Shown here piece after piece: positions 12,591 to 23,185 of a stretch of 64,000 bases of DNA. The stretch lies in assembly GCF_009834535.1 (NCBI RefSeq), contig NC_045696.1, positions 44,456,001-44,520,000 on the forward strand. The letters run 5' to 3'. Positions within the stretch are counted from its first letter, which is position 1, and every line of letters begins with the position of its first letter. A program made the translations under genes and the position numbers. The notes under the pieces were generated by a model, which was given only the letters and a program-made list of their open reading frames with translations, did no database searches and was not told where the DNA came from. This stretch comes from Camelus ferus. Lineage: Eukaryota.

Positions 12591-14989
12591 ATTTAGTTAC
12601 TTAATTACTTACTGACTAGTTAATTAATTAATTAATACTGTGTTTGGTTTTTAAACATTCATTTAATTTAGATACATTTCTACACATCTGCTAATGTTAA
12701 TGGATAATAAAAATATGAGTTTAATGTTTTTTTATTTTATGTTTGTTTTCATATAGTCTGATTAATTGATGTAAGAGGGAAAAAGACTATTGGTAACTTT
12801 ATAGTCAAGAATTTCCCTGCTGTTGAAACAAGTTTGTGGCATAGAAAGAATACCGTTTCATTATTTCTTAATGCCACGGTAAAGCCATATTTACATCATT
12901 TTGAATCAAGGAAAACTGAGTTACAAAGAGGTTGCTTGACAAACAAGAGCTGTAGGTTAGACACTGGCAGATAGCAGGCTGTAAGTCAGGAGAGATAAAA
13001 AAGCGTCTGAATAATACATATCAAAACACTGCAGCCTGAATTATCACTAAACAAGGAAGGCTGAGATGAACCTCTTTCAAGCACCATAATAATCCTTGTA
13101 CACTTGATCCATTCAGAGGGTTAGAGCAATTCAGTGATTCACCCCACCCTCCACCAATCTTTCATTTCCAATGCTATTTACTCTGATGTAGAATATTAAT
13201 TAAATCAATTCTACACAGACCTGGTCTCTTGAAGCACTAAAGCAAACACCTGCAGTGGTCCCATTGAGACCAATATTAGTATCAGGTTCATCTACAAAAG
13301 CCCCTGAGTACCTGAAGAATACGTACTTCAGGTTCTGAAAAATACTGGGTTCCAACATTTCAATTTATTCAAGTATTTTGTTTCATTTCCATAATCTGTT
13401 TTTATGTGCTGCCTTCTCATTTTTAAAAATGGAAGTGAGCTGAAATTAATTGCTCGGTTGCATGAACCTTAATAATTACAAAAAATCTCATACGGTTTAT
13501 TGAGCACACTCCATTTTAAGAGATGCTTGTGAGTAAGAAAAACTGATTGCAATACGGTTTCATGTAAAATGCCCCTTAGGTGGCAAAAGAGTTTCCTGAA
13601 CCTTTGGCCAATTGTAATAAAGCTTTACATTTTGCTGTAACCATATTCTAGACGTCACTGACTTCTGATTTTCTGTCAGTGCTCAGTCATAGAGGCCACA
13701 TCACACAGTCTTCAGGAAGCCCATTCTTTTACTAAGTTCTGCCCTCTATTTCTGAGAACCTTTAAATTTCTGAGCCAAGAAAGCATGCACATATGGGCCT
13801 CAAATTCCTCCTGCTCATCACTTTCATTTTGGACCACAGATGCTCCCCAAATCTGCTACTAGTAAGTGCCTTCCTGAAGCTCCTTCACTCACACAATGTA
13901 AGCATTGTTAATGAGCTGGGTTTTCTCATTCCTCAAAGCATACCCTGGATCAAGCCATAATATTTTCAAAATAATTTCACTAAAGGATGAAGAAAAGTGA
14001 GCTGAGAGGATAGTTTATGTCCCAGTCTAGCTCTCAGTAAACTGACACAGGAAAAACCAGTTCAGACTTTACCGAAGTTATCTCCCTACTTTAGTGTCAC
14101 AGTGCAACTCTGCTTCCATCCTGGAGACAAAAAGGAATTTTGCTCCAATCCAAGACTTCAGTATTTCTTACCCCAGAATTTAGCAGTTCTCAAGAGAGGG
14201 AGTTTCTAATTCTTTTACAGGGAAATTCCCATTCCCACCTACAAGATAGGATCTGGGAATCAAGACAATCATATGTATCTGGCTTTTAAAATATTAAATA
14301 GCACTGCATATGGGAGCACATAATAAGGCAGCACAAGTTGGACTGCGACAGCCTCAGTCCCGCTAACAGCTTTTCTTCTATTATGGGATGAAGCCACTAT
14401 CAGATACATACTTCCTTCCTGGAGTGATCTGTTCTTCCAATAAATGCAAGTAAATGTTTGGATATAAAAGAACACTATCTCCCAAGGACAAATAATAGTT
14501 TTCAGCCATGGGATAGCATACATCCAGATTCAAGAAAAAAATTCATTTCTCTATCTCAGCAGGGACACAGTTTTGCATAAGATAAACCTAACTTCTATCA
14601 TTAAACAGAACACATTTGGTTGGAAGCAGCTGCATTTTGATTACTTCTCTTCTTCAAGGTTACACTATAAGGAGAGGGTAGATATTTGCTTTATATATGC
14701 ATGAGTAAAAGAGCAAATGAGAGAAGCAAGTTCCCTAGTCAATGAAAAAAAAATACAGGGTCCAATTTCTATCCCCAATCACTGGAACTGTCAGCAAACC
14801 TAAAAGTGGCAGTTTTAAACTTCCAGCATTTTAAAATTCAATCTTCATTACACAACCACACAGAAAAAAAGTCCAAAACACCCAAGAGTTAGTGCCTGTC
14901 TTTGCTTTTCCCCTGAGGAGAGCTGACATCCTATATAATTCCTCTACCTTCTATTACTTTTCTTCCTGGTCACCGCTAATTAACCTCTC

Positions 14990-15800
14990 TCCTTTTAAAT
15001 CTTGTAAATCGTTAAGCAATTAATCATTCACCGCCTTGGAAAATCATCTCTATTGTTTCCCAGTATTGCTTTTAATCACACGTTCCTGTCAACTCCCCAA
15101 CTCAGTTGTATACTTGGTGGGTACAGTTGTGGAGGGGGAACAGATTTTCATCTTTCAAACTACCTTGAAATGTTTCTCTGCACTTAATAGGCAAGCAATA
15201 AATATATGCTGATTCTATTCTATGAATATATTCAGAGATCTCTACTGCCTTTTATTGAGCCCACAATGCCATCTACAAGTTATCTTCATTTTGGTACCAC
15301 TGAATACTAAATATGCTATCTCAGTTAATGCTGTTACCCTAGCCCTTACGTTGTAAATGATCCCCAAGTTTTAATAACTCCCTCTTTCTTCTTGTCTCAG
15401 TGAATTATCCAAAAAGTTGTCTACATTTTTACCTGAGAAAAGCCTATGTAACTTTAGCTCTCTCTTCAGTGCCTCTGCATTTCCTTTAGCTTAGGACTTA
15501 CCTGGAGTATTCCAAGGACTGTTAGTAATTAATTCCCCAGTTCTCCAGTCAATGAACATGACTTATTCATCATTTCGACCAATCCCACCAACATACGGCT
15601 GACTATTAAATTGATTTCATCATCCTTTGTCTTGAAATTTTCCAATGTTTTCCTATTATAACCTTAGTTTGCCATCAAAGCTTTTCACAATCTGGTACCA
15701 CTCTTCATCTTCAGTCTTATACCTACCAAATTATACTGTACACACTACATCCTGCCGCCCTGAAATCCCCACTTCTTCTTGGCTCCAGCACTCACTTTGT
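14990..15800 (+). mobile_element. Degraded L2 fragments
   Basis: L2 3' end 'cacttaataggcaagcaataaatatatgctgat', then pyrimidine-rich L2 ORF2-like sequence. Confidence 0.5.
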
Positions 15801-15919
15801 ACATGTATATGTTTTGGCATAAACAGAAGCATGTTCACACATTTCCATTTCTGGAAACACAGTGGTCTTATGGCAGGAAAAAAGCACACACTTCCAAGTT
15901 ACAAAGATGTAAGCTGAAA

Positions 15920-16130
15920 TTTTACTCTGTCGCTGGATTCAGATTTAAGATCCAACATCAACCAGCTATAAGAAAATAATTTAACCTGCCTATAAATGCA
16001 ATTATCTATAATGTAGAGCTATTATCACTTATCTAATTGTGTGGTCATAATTACTAATACGATTTTATATCTGTATATAGTAGACTTCCTTAAATAAAAG
16101 TTTTTATTATATCACATTAGTAAATACTTG
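15920..16130 (+). mobile_element. MIR SINE (diverged)
   Basis: 'aaaataatttaacctgcctataaatgcaattatctataatgtagagctattatcacttatct' core-like. Confidence 0.5.
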
Positions 16131-16239
16131 AAGAAATAAATTCTTTACCTTTATTATTTCCACAATTTCCCTATGCGGTTTAGCTTCTGGCAAATGAATC
16201 TGCACCCAATAATAAGTTAAGAAATAAGAGAAATAAAAC

Positions 16240-17200
16240 TAGCTCTTGGCTTAGATGTAAAAAGGTGCAAAGAATGTCACTTCCACCTCCACAACAAATA
16301 TAAAAACTGAAAAAACACAGAATCACAATTTCTTGAACCAATCAGGGCACAAAAGTCATAAGGCCCCTGTTAAACAGGTAAATTCCAAAGAGAGACAAGA
16401 CTCTCTAAGGAGAAACAAGCTACAAAAACTGCCCTATCTGTGGCAGAGCACAGAATAAAGACACAAACAACCATTTAAACAGGTGAGAAAAAGTGGCCAA
16501 AATTTTATTTAACTGCTGCAGTCCAAGAGTAGGCAAGTTTGTCAGTTTGAAGTAGCTCAGTCCTGCATGAAAGAGAAGTCTCCACAGATCTGCATAACTT
16601 TCTCATAGGTCTCTACCAAGTGGGACAAGAAAGATTTGGGGCAGGACATGAGCCGAGAGTAAGTGATGCAAGCATGAAGAGATTAACTGGGGCTGGGAGG
16701 AAGCTGTAATTAAACACCGCATATTTCTCTAGACCTTTCTCTCCCAAGAAGCAGCAGATTTCAGTCTACTGATGGAAGAGCAGCAAAGTCTGTTACACAC
16801 AGAACACAGGCAAAGACCTTGCAGCTGGGGGAAAGATAAAAAACAAACTCATTACTCTAGAAGATAGCAGGAAAACAAGATGGCGAGAAACCATCACAGA
16901 CCCAGAATCCGATATTGATATCAAATAGTAATCTCTTGTTGCCAGCTGAAGAGAAGGAAACTTTCATCAAAATGAAACACAAATATAAGACAGTGTTTGA
17001 AAGTCATTGAAATGAGGACTTGGAATGCTGAGAAAATCATGTTCCCAAAGCCAAGATATACAGTGCCCCTGTAAGCATGAGGCTGAATCAGGAAAAAAAG
17101 ACAGGAAAACCCTGACCCAAAGGTAATCCCAGTACCTAGCAACAAGCAACAGTAATTTAACTAACAGTCTCATCCAAATCAGATATGGGTGAGAAGAGAG
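16240..17200 (+). mobile_element. Ancient L1M 5'UTR region
   Basis: 'gatgtaaaaaggtgcaaagaatgtcacttccacctccacaac...aatcacaatttcttgaaccaatcag...aattccaaagagagacaag' resembles old L1M 5' ends. Confidence 0.65.
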
Positions 17201-17204
17201 GTAC

Positions 17205-18515
17205 AACTCACCCCGAGGCAAAATTACACTGCAGTTGTAGACCTGTAAAACCAGACAAGCTCTTATGCTTCCGAAATACAGGCGTAAGACAGACATTTTA
17301 ATTCCAAAAGAAAGGAATCAGAAGAAGGGGTGGCGGGTTCTATGCAAGTTCAAACCTAGCAAGTCAAATTTCATTAAATCTTAAGGCTTGAGAATAATCA
17401 TCTTTGGTTTGATGCTGTACCTCCCAAGGCACTGGAGTAGCAGCATCACTCCCATCACTCCTTTGGTTCACTAGGGCATCCCCAACCCCTTGGTCCTCTG
17501 TGTAAACACACGCATCAGCCCTCCGTGATGGCTTCCTGTCCAGCTGAAACAGAGATGGGGGCTCTACCCTCTGAAACCGAAGAGGAATCAACCTTGCTTC
17601 CTGTATCTGTGGTGAGAGTGGCAACCTTGATGATCTGTGAATTAACTTTCAGGTCATTATTCACTTTTCTTGAAGGATAAAGTATATTTGCAGCTGAATA
17701 CTTCCATTGACTTTGTCCTGAAGAATCCAAGAAGTCTGACAGTGGACAGACTCCCTTTACTTAATTTCCTTTCTCTATTCTCTGTAGTTAAAGCTGAAAG
17801 TGTCTCTGCTGGTATAATCCCGTCTCCATTCCTGGCTTTGGTTGACATGGCTGATTAAATCCATGAGTCACAGTAATGATTTCCTCCCAATCAAACTGCT
17901 GTTTAACCACACTCTTAGCTCTTCTCTTCAGAACACACTATCTCATTTTTTGTAACGTGGATAGGTTGAGAATACTCCAAATTTTCAAGTTCTGGTTTCT
18001 TTCTATTTAACAATGTTTTCAACTTATCTCTCTCTGCTCATATTTTACAAAAATGGTAAGGAGAAACAAACCCACTCCTTCAAAATGTTGCTTAGAAATT
18101 TCCTTAGGTAAATATTCAATTTCGCTGTATGTAATTTCTACTTTCCAAAAAACACTGAAACACAATTCAGCCAAGTTTCCTTGCCACTTTACTAAAAAGA
18201 TTGCCTTTCCTCCAGTTTCCCAGTTTTCAATAATGTTTCTCATTTCTCTCTGAGACCTTACCAAAAAAATTTTAACATTTCTACCAAAATTCTATTGCTG
18301 ATAATATAGGTATTCTCTAAGACAACAGAGGTTTTCTCTGTAGTTCACCTGTTTCCTTTCTAAGCTGTCACCAGAATCACCTTTAACATCCACATTTCTA
18401 CTGGCACTCCCTCCAAGGAAATCTTGGTTTTTTCTATCATGCACTTTAAAACTCTTCCAGCCTCTACCTGTCACCCAGTTCCAAAGAGACTTTCATATTT
18501 TTAGATATTTGTTAA
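17205..18515 (-). mobile_element. MLT1 internal (MaLR-int) fragment
   Basis: ORF 18019-18264 (NLAELCFSVFWKVEITYSEIEYLPKEISKQ) matches the MaLR internal ORF remnant; 'aactcttccagcctctacctgtcacccagttccaaag' is typical of MaLR-int. Confidence 0.9.
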
Positions 18516-18611
18516 CACAACACACTTTCAGCAACTTTTTTCACAATCAACAAGATATGGAACACATCCAAATGTTCTTCAACTGGTGAATGAATGAAAA
18601 AATTGTATCCA

Positions 18612-20025
18612 AAGATGGAATCAAGATGGTGAAGTGGGAAGATCCTAAGCTCACCTCCTCCTATAGACAAACAAAAAATACAACTACATATAAAACAACT
18701 CTCTCTGAAAAAGACCCAAAGACTAGCAGAACAGCTCTTCCACAATTAAAAATATAAAGAAAAAAATTCATTGAGACAGGTAGGAGGGATAGAGATGCAA
18801 TCTAGTCAGGACCCACACCCCCACCACAGTGACCCACAAGCAGGACAGGCTGTCAAAAACATGAGGTGTTTCCTAAGAAGTGAGAGGTCTGAAGCCCACG
18901 TTTGGCACCCTAGAGACCAGCCCCAGGAAGATGAGTCCCTATACCATTTGGCTTTGAAAATCAGCATGGATTACACCTGGAAGAACTGGAGGGTTGTAGG
19001 AAACTAAGACTCCACCTGTAAAGGGTTGATGCACAAACACAAAGGCTCCAAGTACCAGCATAGATGAAGCAGTTTGAAAAGTACCTGGTGTTCTAGCCAG
19101 CCTTCCAAGGCCACCCCAGCATACAATGAGATATCTCCTTGTATCTGTCAAAATGACTATCATGAAAAAGACAAAAGATGACAAGTGTTGGCGAGGATGT
19201 GGAGAAAAGTGAATCCTTGTGTACTGTTGGTGGGAATGCAAATTGGTACAGCCACTATAGAAAACAGACTAGAGATCCCTCAAAAATTAAAATTAAAACT
19301 ATCATATGATCCCACAATTCCACTCCTAGGTATTTATCCAAAGAAAAAGAAAAGACTAAATATATGTTTGAAAAATATATTTGCACCCCAATGTTCATTG
19401 CAGCATTATTAACAATAGCCAAGAAACAGAAGCAACATTAAGTGTCCATCAATAGATGAAAGGATAGAGAAGATGGGCACTCTCTCTCTCTCACTCTCTC
19501 TCTCTATATATATATACACACACACACATATACACATACATATATTTGTGATGCATACAGACACACAGGAATATTACTTAGCCATAAAAAATTCAAATCT
19601 TGTCATTTGGGGCAACATGAGTGGACCTAGAAGTTATTATGCTAAGTGAAATAAGTCAGACAAAAGAATACAAACACAGTATGATTTTAACTATGCACAG
19701 AACCTAAAATAAAAATTAACAAACATAAAACAGAAGCAGACTCATAGAGAAAGTGAATTAGTGGTTGTCACAGGGGTTGAAGTTGGGGGAATTGGTGAAA
19801 TAGGTGAAGGGGATCAAGAGGTATAAACTTTCAGTTATAAAATCAATAAGTCACAGGGATATAAAATACAGCATAGGAATATAGTCAATAATATTGTTGT
19901 AACTTTGTATGGTGACAGATGGTAACTAGACATAGTGATGATCATTTCATAATATATAAAAATATAGAATCATTATGTTATACCCTTGAAAATGATACAC
20001 TGTTGTAAGTCAATTATACTTCAAT
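18612..20025 (+). mobile_element. Internally deleted L1 (L1MA9-like): about 510 bp 5'UTR joined to ORF2 C-terminus and 3'UTR
   Basis: L1 5' start 'tcaagatggtgaagtgggaagatcctaagctcacctcctcc'; junction near 19122 into 'acaatgagatatc'; LSYDPTIPLLGIYP frame; ends 'caattatacttcaataaaaa'; 14-bp TSD with 1 mismatch (18598-18611 / 20026-20039). Confidence 0.88.
19479..19545. repeat. Compound (CT)n(TA)n(CA)n microsatellite within L1
   Basis: Directly visible. Confidence 0.95.
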
Positions 20026-20464
20026 AAAAATTATATCCATATGATTGACTATTACTCAGCAATAAATAAGAACAAACTACTAAAACATGCAACAATGGAG
20101 ATGAATCCCAAGTTATGCTAAATGAAATAAGCCAATCTCAAATAGCTAGATACAGTATGATTCCTTTTCTATGACATTCGGGAGAAGGGAAAACTAAAAG
20201 GACAGAGAACAGATTCCTAATTGTCAGGTCCCTGAAGTCGGGAGATGAATTTGACCACAAAGAGACAGATAGGAATGCTCTGAGTGAGGAAACCATTCAG
20301 TGTCTTGATTGTCTAGATTGTGGTGATTATTTCACTATATACGTTTTTCAAAATTCTACTGTGTATGACAACACCAAAGGGGAAAGGCAAGAGGAGGATG
20401 AAGAGGAAAAGGAGAAAAGGGGGGAGGAGGAGAAAAACAGAAGGAGGGATGAGGGGCATAGAGA

Positions 20465-20930
20465 TGTGTGAGCCTGGCTCCAAGATTATTTCCAAGTCAT
20501 CTCTGCCCCTGGTATTCACACTCTGGGCAGACCACTCCTTCAAAGAATTGAGGCTTACTATAATCAATGAAATATGGTAAAAGATATTACTTAGTTGCAA
20601 GATTTTCAAGGCCAAGTCATAAAAGATCTTGCTTTCTAGGAAAACTCATTCATAGAGCCCTGAACTTCAATGTAAGAAGTCTGACCACCTTGAAAGTATC
20701 ATTATGGACAAAAAACAACGGGAAATATCCCTTAGAAATTCTAACCAGGAAAGGAGGGAGAGCTGCCTGCCCAGCACTATTGTAGGTGTTTCAGTCATCC
20801 TAGAAATTGTAGATCAGAGACCATTTGGCTTGCTGTACCCTGAACAAATTGAAGATTTATGAGAAAAATAAATGATTGTTGTTTTAAGCCATGAAGTGTT
20901 GGCATGAGCTTTTATGTAGATCAATGGAAG
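20465..20930 (+). mobile_element. MLT1 (H-like) solo LTR
   Basis: 'ctggtattcacactctg', 'ttcaaggccaagtcataaaag', 'atgtaagaagtctgaccaccttga', 'aaataaatgattgttgttttaagcca'. Confidence 0.85.
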
Positions 20931-22084
20931 AGAAAATAAAAAACAAAAATTATCAGCATTAAATGTGTGTTAGCTATTAGGACAAATGTTAATACCTCAG
21001 AAGCAAAGAAAATGATATCAAACAGAATTATCAAGAAAACGATTCCTCCCATTTGAGGAATTTTTCCCCACCTTTCTTGTTCTAAAATTCCTTGAAACAT
21101 CTGTTAATGGGGATCACAAGATTTAAAAAAAAATTGCTTAAATTTAACAGTAATGGAATCAAGCTTTCTTACATTCAAAGGGAGATCAACCATGATATTC
21201 CAGAATTCTGATAAATACATTATGACTCACAATACAAACACTCTTAAACAACACGCCACATCTAGCCTTGAAGTCTACGAAATACAGTTAAGCATTTTTA
21301 TTATAAACTGTGGCATAATCTGAAAATTGCCTATATTTTTGTAATAATTTTATTTTGCCCAACGAAGTTAAAACCATTTCTTTGCTGGACCCAACTGTCA
21401 GGATTTGGTTATGAAAACACGATAGTCATTGACCAAGAAAATAAATGGCTTTTAAGGAAACCAAAAACCTGTTAGAGAGTCTCTGTATATCTTTAGTCTT
21501 ACATTCTTACATTGTGCATATAGAAAATTAATTCTATTTGCCAAATGATAGGAATTTTTCTGGGTGGTAAATAGCACCATGCAGAGGAACACAGACAAAC
21601 GTTGAGTGACAATCGATGTTCTGAGACAAGAGACACAACTGACTTAACGCCTAACTATTGGGGCCATACCAGTGTGAACACATCTAAACAAGAGACATTC
21701 CATAGCAGAACGTCCAGATGGCCCCACGTAGAACACTAGTGAATGAGATATTAACATATTAAAAGTAACATCTTGACAATTTAGAAGACAAAATGGCTTT
21801 AGTTCAAATATTGATTCCTCCTCTACCTTAAATAAAACCACATTCTTCCCTATTTTTCCAACCCATTTTATCTTACCATCTTTCTTCTTTAGTCATCGTG
21901 TGTTAGAATGCACCATTTCTCAAATTTCTACATCTTCTGATAGCATAAAACCTTTCACAGTGAGCTAAAATGGAGATTCATAATAAATTTCCTGCCCTGA
22001 CATTTAATTGACCTCCCATTAATTGCTGTCCCCTGAAGAAGCCGAGAGACTAACTCAGAATGTTAAAAAAAAAAAAAAAAAAAT

Positions 22085-22855
22085 TACAGTAAGTTGTGGT
22101 AAATGCAGCAGAAGGCTGTACAAGGCACAGATGTAGCATCAATGCATAACTAATTCTTCCAGGCTACAGCAGGCTTGCTGGACACATCAGATGGACATTT
22201 ATTGGACATTTATATGAGTTTGCCAAGAGGACAAGTGGTGAGTTGGATGTCCCAAACAGAGGGGAATAGCAGGCGCAAAGACAGGAGGCTAAAAGCTGCA
22301 TGATGCTTGATATTTGGCACATCATAAAGTCTGATATTAGGGGAGTAGCAGAAGATAAGAAAGAGCCTTATATTTTATACTAAGGCAAGAGGAAGAGGGT
22401 GAAGTTCCTTAACTGGAAGAGAAAGATTAAATAAACATATTTTAAAGATCACATAAGCAATAAAGTAAAGGATACCTAGAATGGAGGAAATTTAAAAACA
22501 AGGAGACCATTTAGATTACAACTTAATTGTCTCATTATAAGATGAAAAAAGCCTGAAAAGTGGCAATAAAAGTGGCAAAGGCATAGAGAGAAGAGGCTCG
22601 TTTTGAGACTATTTAGGAGGAGCACAATCTGATGAGTAACTAGATGTAGACAGTGAGCTTGGGCAGAGTTCCAGAATAACTCCTAGATTTTCTGTAAGGT
22701 ACTGAATAACTTGTGAGTCATCATCCAATATAGGGATTTAGAAGGAACACATTTGGGTGGGAAGATAATGAGTTTAAGGTAAGAAATTCTGGGTTTAAAA
22801 TGACTGTAGCAAATAAACGTGGAAATGAAAATATTCAAAGAGTAGTTGGGATTCC
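22085..22855 (-). mobile_element. L2 LINE
   Basis: Antisense L2 motifs 'cagaggggaatagcaggcgcaaagacaggagg', 'gaataactcctagattttc', 'gggaagataatgagttt'. Confidence 0.8.
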
Positions 22856-22939
22856 CTCTAGCATTTGGGACTCCTATCTAATCAATGACATTTTCTGGTT
22901 ATATTATCTATGAAAGCATATTTTCTATGAGCAGCTGCA

Positions 22940-23185
22940 TCAGAGTATCATGGGTTAAGAGCATAGACTCTGAAGCCAAAATACCAGAATTCCTCTACTT
23001 GCTCTGCTACTTTGGGGCTGCATGAACTTCAGCAATTACTTAAGCTTTCTATGCCTCAGTTTCTTAATCTGTAAAATGGAGCTAATAATGGTTCACTTTT
23101 ATACAGATATTATGAGAATTTAATGAGTTACATTAGCACTCACTAAAACCAGAGCCTGACAAATAGTGAGGACAGTGTGCTTGCT
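22940..23185 (+). mobile_element. MIR SINE, near full length
   Basis: 'ggttaagagcatagactctgaagccaa...tctatgcctcagtttcttaatctgtaaaatggagctaataat'. Confidence 0.92.

Larger units (their letters stand above)
18520..20370 (+). mobile_element. Older L1 (L1MB/MC-like) 3'UTR split by a younger L1; pieces at 18520-18611 and 20040-20370
   Basis: 'ccaaatgttcttcaactggtgaatgaatgaaaaaattgtatcca' continues after the insert as '(t)atgattgactattactcagcaataaataagaacaaacta'. Confidence 0.8.

Noticed and set aside
13310..13333. Inverted repeat ACCTGAAG...CTTCAGGT
   Set aside because: Context 'gtac...acgtac...tgaaaaatactg' looks like a decayed hAT-Charlie terminus.
14073..14238. Two minus-strand exon-like segments (14073-14120, 14172-14238)
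   Set aside because: The first has stops in all frames, and the 51-nt gap is too short for a typical mammalian intron.
18019..18264. 81-aa ORF as a host gene
   Set aside because: It is the MaLR internal ORF remnant.
19185..19412. 75-aa ORF as a host gene
   Set aside because: It is a frameshifted L1 ORF2p C-terminus.
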